DNA of 60,307 nt. Source: an uncultured virus (IMG/VR IMGVR_UViG_3300006620_000021) (taxonomy: Duplodnaviria > Heunggongvirae > Uroviricota > Caudoviricetes). Under the pieces are notes generated by a model. It was given only the letters and a program-made list of their open reading frames with translations, made no database searches and was not told the DNA's origin. Position numbers and translations under genes: made by a program. The DNA is taken from the IMG/VR virus record IMGVR_UViG_3300006620_000021; one strand, written 5' to 3'. Below, piece after piece: positions 20,841 through 28,238 of this stretch. Position 1 is the stretch's first letter. The number at the start of each line of letters is the position of its first letter.

Positions 20841-20869
20841 ATATTAGTGCAAGTGCCCGTGGTTGTCAA
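20841..20869 (-). promoter_or_regulatory. sigma70-like promoter of gene 32
   Basis: TTGACA-N17-TAATAT. Confidence 0.7.
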
Positions 20870-21210
20870 TCAATATTTCCAGTCTTCTCAACCTGATCTT
20901 TCATGTGCTCAACCAACTTCTCCATATTGCTAAAAATGAGGTTCATGTCCATATCAGATGGCATACCAAGCATAACAGCAGACTTGGCGATATGCTCCTT
21001 CATCTTTTTTGCCTCAGGATCATCAGATAGAGATAATCTAGCATAAAGGACTTTTTGTTTATCAATAAGAGTCTTCAGCAATTCTACATGATCAAGCTTG
21101 TCCTGCTTGTCCATTGTATAGAAGCTAAACATCTTATTATACAGTTTTTCTTGTAACTCGTTGATATGGACAATTTCTGCCCTTACAACATCTGAATCAA
21201 AAAACGTCAT
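20866..21210 (-). CDS. DUF1825 family protein
   Basis: FFDSDVVRAE...YARLSLSDDPEA motif. Confidence 0.8.
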   Translation of the reverse strand: MTFFDSDVVRAEIVHINELQEKLYNKMFSFYTMDKQDKLDHVELLKTLIDKQKVLYARLSLSDDPEAKKMKEHIAKSAVMLGMPSDMDMNLIFSNMEKLVEHMKDQVEKTGNID

Positions 21211-21791
21211 AAAACGCAGTCCTTTAAAATCTTACGAAATTTGAATATATCGATATTTAGGAAAGAATCGTACTTCTTCATTGTCTTGGAAACCGTCTCC
21301 CAGACGGGATCTTCCAATTTTTTATCAAAATCTTGTTTAAATCCCAAGATTCGATTTAAAATAATTAGCGTCTCTATTGATATGTGTCCCTGAAGGTGCA
21401 ATTTAAGCACTCTTGGGTGTTGACCACTTTTTACGGAAAATAGAGAATCCAAATCAGTATTTACTATCATATTCTCAACCTCTTCTCTAAAAAGATAGCT
21501 AAGACTTTGAATCCTCTTCTGCCAACTAATATATGCAGATTCACCTTCTCGGATCATTTCTCCAATCCAGGTGCTATCGCCAGACGCGACAAAATTTGAT
21601 ACAAAGAAGTCAACGACTTCTCGATCATTTTTTTGCCTACTCATCTTCTCAAACCAATACCTATCTTTTCGCTTATAGAAGGATTGCAAGGAAGCACGAG
21701 TTTTACCACAATATTTGTGGTAGTCATATTTATCTTTTGTGAAGTGATTCTTCAATCCAAGATAAGTTTTATATACGTCAAAGGGAGTCAT
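21207..21791 (-). CDS. gp59: helicase loader gp59
   Basis: Y..YLGLKNHFT..KYDYHKY.GK...SFYKRKDRY.FEK...ISIETL. Confidence 0.92.
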   Translation of the reverse strand: MTPFDVYKTYLGLKNHFTKDKYDYHKYCGKTRASLQSFYKRKDRYWFEKMSRQKNDREVVDFFVSNFVASGDSTWIGEMIREGESAYISWQKRIQSLSYLFREEVENMIVNTDLDSLFSVKSGQHPRVLKLHLQGHISIETLIILNRILGFKQDFDKKLEDPVWETVSKTMKKYDSFLNIDIFKFRKILKDCVL

Positions 21792-21851
21792 TTTAACAAA
21801 AAGGGTTTTCACGCAATTTTCCCCGCGATAAATTTTCCGACTTTTTCTGAA

Positions 21852-22121
21852 TTAAAAGACCAATTTCGCTCTGGAGGTTCTCTTAAGGAAGTTCAACTCC
21901 ACTGCATCATACTTAATCTTTTCTTTAAGTGGTTTTGATATGAGTTTAGGAACAGACTCTAGGTCAATACTATTACACTCACAGAAGTGAATGATAGCAT
22001 CGATGTAGTTCATCTCCTTGTTGTCTCGCACAAGTTCTTCAATCTCTTGTGCGAATTTGGCAGGACAGAAGAACTTTTTTTCTAGTGCCTTCTCAAACTC
22101 GTCTTCGATTTTACTGGGCAT
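21852..22121 (-). CDS. gp33: late promoter transcription coactivator gp33
   Basis: F..EIE..V....NYIDAI..FC..N.I..ESV.KLISKPLKEK...LNFLK; start reassigned to ATG at 22121. Confidence 0.9.
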   Translation of the reverse strand: MPSKIEDEFEKALEKKFFCPAKFAQEIEELVRDNKEMNYIDAIIHFCECNSIDLESVPKLISKPLKEKIKYDAVELNFLKRTSRAKLVF

Positions 22122-22788
22122 ATGTTTCCAGTTTGTAGTTAAGAAATTCTCTAATGTATTCCTGTAAAAGGTTAATGTATTTGGTTTTGTCATACTCTTC
22201 ATAAACAACGCAGTCTCCATTTTCACATGCCATAATAATGACAAGTTTTTTTACACTGATACCAGTGAGTTCGTAAAGCATACACCCATAAGCCATGCAT
22301 TGAACAAAATAATGTTCAACCCACTCCACTGGTTTAGGTTTTTTTGATGTCTTAAAATCAATGATTGCTAACTCACCATTGAATTCTGCAATACAATCGA
22401 CAGTGCCAGCGATTCCTAGCACCTTACTATATAGAGAACTTTCTAAAGCGTGAATGTTAGTTATCTTATTAAGATCTGGTTTGGCAATCTTAAAAAGATA
22501 GTCTGCAAGAGGTTGAACCTTTGGCAGATCTTCATTCTTCAAATAATGCTCGGTCAGAGTATGCATGTCAGTACCACGACTCGTGGACTGCTTGGTGATC
22601 TTATCCGCCTTTGCATTTCCAACTTTTTTTCTCCAGTTAATAAAAATCTCACGATTTTTATGACTAGTAACAGAAGTGATGGAGACCAACTTAATGAGAT
22701 CTCCACCATCAGGAACAGAATAATATCGAACTCCATCAAGTGTCTCTCGTTGGAGAGATGGGAGGTTCAATTCAACATGATTAAACAT
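22111..22788 (-). CDS. PD-(D/E)XK exonuclease
   Basis: SITSVT, RGT.MH, AGTVDC, IIDFKTS, Y..Q..AY motifs. Confidence 0.88.
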   Translation of the reverse strand: MFNHVELNLPSLQRETLDGVRYYSVPDGGDLIKLVSITSVTSHKNREIFINWRKKVGNAKADKITKQSTSRGTDMHTLTEHYLKNEDLPKVQPLADYLFKIAKPDLNKITNIHALESSLYSKVLGIAGTVDCIAEFNGELAIIDFKTSKKPKPVEWVEHYFVQCMAYGCMLYELTGISVKKLVIIMACENGDCVVYEEYDKTKYINLLQEYIREFLNYKLETYAQ

Positions 22789-23543
22789 CAAAGACCTAAT
22801 TCGTGTTTTGCAATGAGGTATTCTTTACAAAGACCAGAGCGAACAATATCATCAAGACCAAACTCAATAATATCAAACGAAGGCATGACCCTAAGGATCT
22901 TCATAAAGTCTACAATTCCATTTCTTTCATTGGTCTTCTGCAAATCAGATTGAGTTGCATCACCGCAGAAACAAATTTTTGTGTGCTCACCTGCCCTTGT
23001 AATTATACTATCAAGTTCATGAAAATTCAAGTTTTGGAATTCATCAACGATAATAATAGCTTTATCAAGGGTTGTTCCCCTAAGAAAAGAAGTAGACCAA
23101 AAACTTACACTGCCCTGAGTTTTTAAGTTACCATACAACATCTCAAAATCAGCATCAGTTGCCATCTGGAACATGTATTTGACCATGTTCTTGTATGGAA
23201 TTTGATAGATGTCTGCCTTGTCTTCATGGGTTCCAGGAAGGAATCCAATTTCTCTAGTAGCAACTAAAGAACGAACGATGTAGATCTTCTCGTAAGGAGT
23301 ATTCTCATCAAGAACATCTCGCAACGCATTGTAAAAGGTAATAAACGTCTTACCTGTGCCTGCTGCACCGTATGCTACAAGATTTTTATCATTAACAAAT
23401 GATTCATACAATGTTGCTTGATTATCTGTAAGTGGTTCGATGTCAAGTAAAAAGTCCGTGTTAATTGGTTTCTTTCTTTTCATCTGCTTAGCAGTCATAC
23501 CAACACCAATTGGTTGCAGTTCAGTCTTTCTCTTTCTTGCCAT
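22788..23543 (-). CDS. phoH: PhoH-like ATPase
   Basis: GAAGTGKT Walker A, IGFLPG, SFLRGTT, DEFQN, GDATQSD, DIVRS. Confidence 0.95.
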   Translation of the reverse strand: MARKRKTELQPIGVGMTAKQMKRKKPINTDFLLDIEPLTDNQATLYESFVNDKNLVAYGAAGTGKTFITFYNALRDVLDENTPYEKIYIVRSLVATREIGFLPGTHEDKADIYQIPYKNMVKYMFQMATDADFEMLYGNLKTQGSVSFWSTSFLRGTTLDKAIIIVDEFQNLNFHELDSIITRAGEHTKICFCGDATQSDLQKTNERNGIVDFMKILRVMPSFDIIEFGLDDIVRSGLCKEYLIAKHELGL

Positions 23544-23582
23544 AAAATTTAACTTTAAGATGAGTGAGAGGGGTGGGGAAAG

Positions 23583-23589
23583 TATTTAT
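23583..23589 (-). promoter_or_regulatory. late promoter core ATAAATA upstream of phoH
   Basis: Intergenic ATAAATA. Confidence 0.55.
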
Positions 23590-23597
23590 GACCTATG

Positions 23598-23846
23598 TCA
23601 AAGTTTTTTAACTGTAGATCCAGGTGCTTTTTGTGCTTTGCCAAGAACCTCATTCCATTCTGGTCTTTGCTTGATCAGTCTGGACTGCCAGTCACTAATT
23701 TCAACTCCCAGACCAGGAGAATTATCAGGTGTAAAAAACCTCTCCCAATCTGGATTATCAATCTTCCACTGATCCCATTCATGAACACTCATCTTCACTT
23801 CTTTGGTCTCACCAGTCTCCTTATGCTTAACAGGGTATGTTGCCAT
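23598..23846 (-). CDS. conserved cyanophage protein (FmdB-like)
   Basis: MATYPVKHKETGETKEV.MS...W.EVL.K....PGS; between thyX and phoH. Confidence 0.65.
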   Translation of the reverse strand: MATYPVKHKETGETKEVKMSVHEWDQWKIDNPDWERFFTPDNSPGLGVEISDWQSRLIKQRPEWNEVLGKAQKAPGSTVKKL

Positions 23847-24481
23847 TACTTCCACTCCAATGCTTCTGAGATGATCGGGAACTGCTCAATGAAGATGGCA
23901 CGAATGTCTTCAGCGAGTTCCATGTGTTCTTTTTGTGTGCCATTTGCAGTACGCAGATCCAAATAATGAGCCCATGAGCGAACATTGCCGCTCATGTAGA
24001 GTCTGGTTTGCGTGTTTTGTGGAAGCACAAAACGAGCACACTCCTTTGCAACACCTTTGTCAAGCAATGCATTATAAACTTCAAGACTTTGCTTGAAGTG
24101 CTCTGCAATCATTGCCTCCATGTATGCTTTATCGCGTGGATTGATATCATCAATAGAGTTTTGACGATTCTTTGTATCCTGACGACGAAGATCTGGAATA
24201 GGAATTTCTAGTTGAAGTTCCTTGCTATCAGCATAGCGTTGTGAAAACTGCTGATATGTGAAGCTACGGTGCCTCAGCACTTGAGTTGCCACTGCCAGTG
24301 ATGTATTTAGTTCCACTGTCATGAACGCATGCTCAAAGATGCTCCAGTGGCGATGCTTGATGCAATACTTTAGGAGTCCAGCAAAACTATCGTTCTCCTG
24401 GTTCTTAGGGTTTGAAACACGGGCACAATATGCAATCTGCTTCTCCGCATCAGGGGTAACACTGATAAGTTTTGCGCTCAT
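23846..24481 (-). CDS. thyX: flavin-dependent thymidylate synthase
   Basis: HWSIFEH, QVLRHRSFTYQQFSQRY, KECARFVLP, TQKEH. Confidence 0.96.
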   Translation of the reverse strand: MSAKLISVTPDAEKQIAYCARVSNPKNQENDSFAGLLKYCIKHRHWSIFEHAFMTVELNTSLAVATQVLRHRSFTYQQFSQRYADSKELQLEIPIPDLRRQDTKNRQNSIDDINPRDKAYMEAMIAEHFKQSLEVYNALLDKGVAKECARFVLPQNTQTRLYMSGNVRSWAHYLDLRTANGTQKEHMELAEDIRAIFIEQFPIISEALEWK

Positions 24482-25057
24482 TTAATCCTCCAAATAATTT
24501 TTAAAAATTTCTAATGCACTATCCCAATGAATAAATTGGTGTCTCTGATTTACTGGAACAAAACAAAGAGTCCATCTTCCAAATGGTGTTGGGTTAGTTG
24601 TCCCATGAAGAACACCAACGTTCACCAAACTAGGACGATTTGTATTTGCTTCGTACAGAAGTTCACAATCTTCTTCATTTGCCCAAAGATTATCATGATG
24701 TTCAGTGGTGTATTCACCATACCCATTCATCTTTTTTCTAAAAGTTTTATCAGACTTCCACCATTGTATCATACCTTCTTCTGGACCCCAAGTAATATTA
24801 ATCTTGGCATGATTTGTATACATACCATGATCAGTATGAATTGGAATCTTAGAGAATGGTGGTGTATAAAATAGTTCCTTCAACATCAATACTAATCCAA
24901 GATCATCCATGAAACATTCCATTGGATAAAAAGGATAATCATTAATATAAAAATGCTTAACAGTATCACCCTGCTCTTTGAAGATTGGCAATGGTGATAT
25001 ATTAAATGGTAAATTTAAATACCTATGGTAACAATTAGTCTGGGTATCCATCATCAT
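24482..25057 (-). CDS. hypothetical protein, cupin/2OG-oxygenase-like
   Basis: IHTD...VNVGVLH...RW.L motif; start reassigned. Confidence 0.5.
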   Translation of the reverse strand: MMMDTQTNCYHRYLNLPFNISPLPIFKEQGDTVKHFYINDYPFYPMECFMDDLGLVLMLKELFYTPPFSKIPIHTDHGMYTNHAKINITWGPEEGMIQWWKSDKTFRKKMNGYGEYTTEHHDNLWANEEDCELLYEANTNRPSLVNVGVLHGTTNPTPFGRWTLCFVPVNQRHQFIHWDSALEIFKNYLED

Positions 25058-25226
25058 CGTTAAAAATTTCGTCGTAGTCCGAGACAGGTGCATAATATGA
25101 TGCAGGATCATCAAAGTTCTCCCGCCTATCAGTATATGCACTAATGTCAGAGTAAACTTCGGTATCAATCTCTTGGACTAATTCTCTTAGTTTACAAACC
25201 AATTCCTTCAGTTTACCTCTGTCCAT
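25035..25226 (-). CDS. conserved cyanophage hypothetical protein
   Basis: MDRGKLKELV...EVYSD...DYDEIFNDDDGYPD; preceded by a sigma70 promoter. Confidence 0.65.
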   Translation of the reverse strand: MDRGKLKELVCKLRELVQEIDTEVYSDISAYTDRRENFDDPASYYAPVSDYDEIFNDDDGYPD

Positions 25227-25248
25227 ACCTAGTAATAGTACTGCTTTG

Positions 25249-25277
25249 ATTATAGTACAAAAAAAGAGGGGTCGCAA
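25249..25277 (-). promoter_or_regulatory. sigma70-like promoter overlapping the terminator
   Basis: TTGCGA-N17-TATAAT. Confidence 0.6.
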
Positions 25278-25285
25278 CCCCTCTT
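25259..25285 (-). terminator. intrinsic terminator closing the DUF4278 operon
   Basis: 9-bp stem AAGAGGGGT/ACCCCTCTT with 4-nt loop and T tract. Confidence 0.8.
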
Positions 25286-25287
25286 GT

Positions 25288-25380
25288 TTATTTTTGGAGG
25301 AGAAGTATCTCCCCGTATAGTAACGACATGAATGCAACACATGCAAGAGAACTAAGTCCCACAACTTGTAATGCTTCCAT
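25288..25380 (-). CDS. 30-aa hydrophobic peptide (not in ORF track)
   Basis: MEALQVVGLSSLACVAFMSLLYGEILLLQK; fills the gap between DUF4278 and the terminator. Confidence 0.55.
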   Translation of the reverse strand: MEALQVVGLSSLACVAFMSLLYGEILLLQK

Positions 25381-25385
25381 GGCGA

Positions 25386-25553
25386 TCACTTGACGTAAGT
25401 GCGACCACGATAGCAGAAAGTGCCATGTGGATCAGCCATCTCAACACAACGAGTATCATAGGTAACGCCACGATATGCAGCGTGAGTGATCTGAGCGTCG
25501 TGAAGTGCAGCAGCTTTTTGAATCTGCTTCTTGATGAGATTAAGGGTGTTCAT
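25386..25553 (-). CDS. DUF4278-like small protein (55 aa, not in ORF track)
   Basis: MNTLNLIKKQIQKAAALHDAQITHAAYRGVTYDTRCVEMADPHGTFCYRGRTYVK with two YRGxxY motifs; AGGAG RBS. Confidence 0.82.
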   Translation of the reverse strand: MNTLNLIKKQIQKAAALHDAQITHAAYRGVTYDTRCVEMADPHGTFCYRGRTYVK

Positions 25554-25588
25554 GAGTTTGTCTCCTAAAGGATGAGGTTTTTAATCCC

Positions 25589-25774
25589 CGTTCCTTCAGT
25601 CGTGTGCGTCCCAATACCACTGACAATCTGGAGCTGAATCCTTGAGGGTATCAACCAACTCAACCTTAACTTGATTGCTAAGGTTTTCGTTTGACTCAAT
25701 CTTTAGCATAATGCTATCAGTTTGAGCACAGGTCAGTGTCGAGTAAAATAGTAATTCTAGCATTGAGATGAACG
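25589..25774 (-). ncRNA. glutamine riboswitch-like aptamer 2 (Downstream-peptide/glutamine-II type) with an ORF in the P2 loop
   Basis: CGTTCA-TCTCAATGC...GTATTGGGA-CGCACACGACTGAAGGAACG directly upstream of the DUF4278 RBS. Confidence 0.72.
25596..25763 (-). CDS. 55-aa two-Cys small protein nested in aptamer 2 (not in ORF track)
   Basis: MLELLFYSTLTCAQTDSIMLKIESNENLSNQVKVELVDTLKDSAPDCQWYWDAHD; paralog of 25805..26005. Confidence 0.7.
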   Translation of the reverse strand: MLELLFYSTLTCAQTDSIMLKIESNENLSNQVKVELVDTLKDSAPDCQWYWDAHD

Positions 25775-25777
25775 CTC

Positions 25778-26015
25778 CGTTCCGCGACNNGACTTACTTG
25801 CGTCTTATGTATACGTCCCATCGCATTGACCTTCCACCTTCGATTTAAGATAACCTATAAGGTTATACTTTGCACGACGATCCAAGTTATCATCCATAAG
25901 GATTTCAACTCGTCTCTGGAGGAACCTTTCACACGACATGTGCCACCCATAGGGGGAACCGTCTTGATGATGGGCAAGGGTCAATGCCAGTAGGATGCTC
26001 AACATAAGATGAACG
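25778..26015 (-). ncRNA. glutamine riboswitch-like aptamer 1 (glnA/Downstream-peptide family) with an ORF in the P2 loop
   Basis: CGTTCA-TCTTATGT...ACATAAGA-CGCAAGTAAGTC(nn)GTCGCGGAACG; contains a 2-N gap. Confidence 0.68.
25805..26005 (-). CDS. 66-aa two-Cys small protein nested in aptamer 1
   Basis: MLSILLALTLAHHQDGSPYGWHMSCERF...GQCDGTYT; start reassigned to the first ATG after the promoter. Confidence 0.7.
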   Translation of the reverse strand: MLSILLALTLAHHQDGSPYGWHMSCERFLQRRVEILMDDNLDRRAKYNLIGYLKSKVEGQCDGTYT

Positions 26016-26023
26016 ACAGGTCT

Positions 26024-26052
26024 AGTATAGACCATATGAACTATATAGTCAA
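26024..26052 (-). promoter_or_regulatory. sigma70-like promoter initiating just before aptamer 1
   Basis: TTGACT-N17-TATACT; predicted start site about 26017. Confidence 0.75.
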
Positions 26053-26059
26053 GTTCTTT

Positions 26060-26075
26060 TGTAACATGTGATACA
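26060..26075. promoter_or_regulatory. NtcA-type binding site
   Basis: TGTA-TCACATGT-TACA matches GTA-N8-TAC, 8 nt upstream of the -35. Confidence 0.7.
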
Positions 26076-26078
26076 GTT

Positions 26079-26954
26079 TTACAGAAGCAACTGTGATGAT
26101 GGTATAATGGGATCACATATCATCAATTTTTCACACTCACGATAGAATTCTTTTCTTTTTTTAGTAGAAAAATCTGATGGATGAGTCAGTCTTTTTATAT
26201 CACTATAAAATTCTAAGATTAATTTTTTAAATTGATGATGTGTATTCCGAACTGCAAGCGTCGTATCATTACAAAATTTATAATCAAATAATTTATTAAC
26301 ATATTCATAATGTTCCTCTACAGTCGGATGCCCTTCACTATAGTACTTGTGGAGTTCTTTACAGTCTCGATCATACTTATTACTCATATCATCATTCCAT
26401 ATAAGATTATAAAAGTCAATCGATATTTTATTAACTACATCCTCATACATGAGACTTAATTTATTGTCATTAAATTCTTCATGACAAATTTTACTCATAG
26501 ATAAAAGATGATATTGTGTTTTACTAGACAACAAACTATCAATTAATTTTATATAAGACAGATCTCTCATTAAAAAGTGTGTTCGATCTGCAATTTCATT
26601 GACAAGTTTTTTACTGTAGTGAGAGTTGTTGTATATATTTCCACCCGTAATCCATTCATCATCTTTCCATCTATCTTCTCTACTAATGCTAGTCCAACAA
26701 ACTATGACTAGATCATTACTATTAAATTTATAGACCTGATCTACCTGGGATATTACATTTGCAATGTAAGTATTACCAGCTCCCGCTCTACCAAAATTAT
26801 AGAACTCACATCCATGTAGCAATTGCAATTCATATCCCAGTATGTTTGCCCAAGTTGCCCAATCATACGAAGTAAAACTGCACCCAAAAGTAAATAACCT
26901 TCTAGGTACAGTTTCATACAGTATTTTCATTTCAAACAAACATGCCCTTGTCAC
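26079..26954 (-). CDS. SGNH-like hypothetical protein
   Basis: FGCSFT, NFGRAGAGN and HPT motifs; AT-rich. Confidence 0.55.
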   Translation of the reverse strand: MTRACLFEMKILYETVPRRLFTFGCSFTSYDWATWANILGYELQLLHGCEFYNFGRAGAGNTYIANVISQVDQVYKFNSNDLVIVCWTSISREDRWKDDEWITGGNIYNNSHYSKKLVNEIADRTHFLMRDLSYIKLIDSLLSSKTQYHLLSMSKICHEEFNDNKLSLMYEDVVNKISIDFYNLIWNDDMSNKYDRDCKELHKYYSEGHPTVEEHYEYVNKLFDYKFCNDTTLAVRNTHHQFKKLILEFYSDIKRLTHPSDFSTKKRKEFYRECEKLMICDPIIPSSQLLL

Positions 26955-27168
26955 TCATATATTGAAGTGCTTCTTTCATACTACCAATATGAGTATAACC
27001 AATAGAAACTTGTGGATAGGTTGCTTCCTCTCCAAATTCATCTTCAAATGCTCTTTGAGTGAAGTGCTTATCCAATTTATATTCTAAGAATTCTCCACCA
27101 AGAGATTTCAATAGAGATGCCATGCGCTCACATTCTTGACTTCCGTTACTGTAAATTACTGCAGTCAT
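26932..27168 (-). CDS. glutaredoxin-like protein (single Cys)
   Basis: VIYSNGSQEC...FG..ATYPQV.I...HIG. Confidence 0.7.
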   Translation of the reverse strand: MTAVIYSNGSQECERMASLLKSLGGEFLEYKLDKHFTQRAFEDEFGEEATYPQVSIGYTHIGSMKEALQYMSDKGMFV

Positions 27169-27353
27169 TTTTTCTTGTGGTTGTATTCAATTACAATTTT
27201 TTCGTGAGTTGTAAATTTGTCAGTGCAAGTATAATGTTTTAATTCGCCACCCAATATCTTGCACACATTATCTAGTTGCAATTGAGTAACAAACTCTTTG
27301 AATACAGGAGTGATTCCTATCTTCTCAGATCCTGGTTGATTAAAATCATCCAT
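27165..27353 (-). CDS. hypothetical protein
   Basis: Overlapping start/stop packing with neighbours. Confidence 0.55.
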   Translation of the reverse strand: MDDFNQPGSEKIGITPVFKEFVTQLQLDNVCKILGGELKHYTCTDKFTTHEKIVIEYNHKKK

Positions 27354-27567
27354 TAGGTCTTCCTCCAATAGCATCCCACATCTCTTGTACCATATCTACT
27401 GCTGGTGGGGTTTCGTATGCAGGTGATGGTTGTGATTGCCACTTATCAATTGCTTCCTGTGTAGGAACAGCAATTCGGAAAGCAATATCATCTTCTTCAA
27501 ACTCCTTATTCATATCAATATATGTTTGAGGAGTAATTTTAATTTCAGTCACGTTGTCTCCAGTCAT
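27346..27567 (-). CDS. hypothetical protein
   Basis: ORF in a tightly packed run. Confidence 0.55.
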   Translation of the reverse strand: MTGDNVTEIKITPQTYIDMNKEFEEDDIAFRIAVPTQEAIDKWQSQPSPAYETPPAVDMVQEMWDAIGGRPNG

Positions 27568-27859
27568 CAGGTTTATCTTGTTTAAACCAGTCTACAATCT
27601 CATCTGCACTATCAAACCCCGTTTTGTAATTGGATGGATCGGGGTCACCTAGTCCCATCCTATTCATAAAATCATCTATACTACCCTCTTCAATATCTTG
27701 AGAGGCGTGACGACGTGCTTTTTTTAACATCTCACGAGCAGTAGTATTTGCTTTGGATAACTTCTCTGCCCATACCATATCTCCAAGAGAAACTTCTTCT
27801 TTATTTGCAATCCTTTTACAAATAGCTTCCAACATTAGACGATACTGAGTAGATAGCAT
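27545..27859 (-). CDS. conserved cyanophage/picocyanobacterial hypothetical protein
   Basis: MLSTQYRL.LE.IC..IA...GLGDPDPSN...WF.QDKPDDWRQRD. Confidence 0.7.
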   Translation of the reverse strand: MLSTQYRLMLEAICKRIANKEEVSLGDMVWAEKLSKANTTAREMLKKARRHASQDIEEGSIDDFMNRMGLGDPDPSNYKTGFDSADEIVDWFKQDKPDDWRQRD

Positions 27860-27860
27860 T

Positions 27861-28055
27861 TTACTCCCTTAATTTGTCTTCCAGATCAGAAAGTTTTGTA
27901 AACTCTCTCTGTGCGGTCGCTTGACGTTCGCACACAATATTTAGAATGTCATTCAAAATGACCTGGTTATCGGTATCTTCATCCAGATACTTGTCCAGTG
28001 CTTCTTTTAAATATCTAAACCTATGCCACTCAGGACTGTAGGGTTTGTATGTCAT
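27861..28055 (-). CDS. conserved cyanophage hypothetical protein
   Basis: YKPYSPEWHR.RYLKEALDKY; downstream of a consensus promoter. Confidence 0.65.
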   Translation of the reverse strand: MTYKPYSPEWHRFRYLKEALDKYLDEDTDNQVILNDILNIVCERQATAQREFTKLSDLEDKLRE

Positions 28056-28081
28056 AATAAAAAAACATTTTCATACGGTAC

Positions 28082-28110
28082 ATTATAAGCAAATCAAAGA
28101 GCATTGTCAA
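28082..28110 (-). promoter_or_regulatory. consensus sigma70 early promoter within an inverted repeat
   Basis: TTGACA-N17-TATAAT; palindrome CAAAGAGCATT-GAC-AATGCTCTTTG. Confidence 0.85.
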
Positions 28111-28238
28111 TGCTCTTTGTACTTACTAGGATTTTTCTTAACATCATAAATGAAGTAAGTAAAAGGAACTAATAAAAAAGCTCCCATAAGAGATCCAATT
28201 AAAGCAGGGTCAATAAAAGTCAAGACTTTATGTATCAT
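28107..28238 (-). CDS. 43-aa single-TM protein (not in ORF track)
   Basis: MIHKVLTFIDPALIGSLMGAFLLVPFTYFIYDVKKNPSKYKEH; fills the gap between neighbours. Confidence 0.5.
   Translation of the reverse strand: MIHKVLTFIDPALIGSLMGAFLLVPFTYFIYDVKKNPSKYKEH

Noticed and set aside
22111..22788. Cas4-like nuclease suggesting CRISPR
   Set aside because: Ordinary T4-like exonuclease in core synteny; no repeat-spacer array seen
23544..23597. Possible Pho box upstream of phoH
   Set aside because: No convincing tandem PyTTAAPyPy repeats; only a late-promoter core
25371..25568. 65-aa + strand ORF
   Set aside because: Antisense shadow of the DUF4278-like gene, which has an RBS and family motifs
25789..25790. 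NN flanked by a repeated GAC
   Set aside because: Most likely an assembly gap with overlapping ends (true sequence probably GTAAGTCGCGG on the - strand); a caveat for the riboswitch finding, not biology
26006..26116. N-terminal extension of the 103-aa ORF in the track
   Set aside because: Runs through the promoter and NtcA box and overlaps the upstream gene; ATG at 26005 fits better
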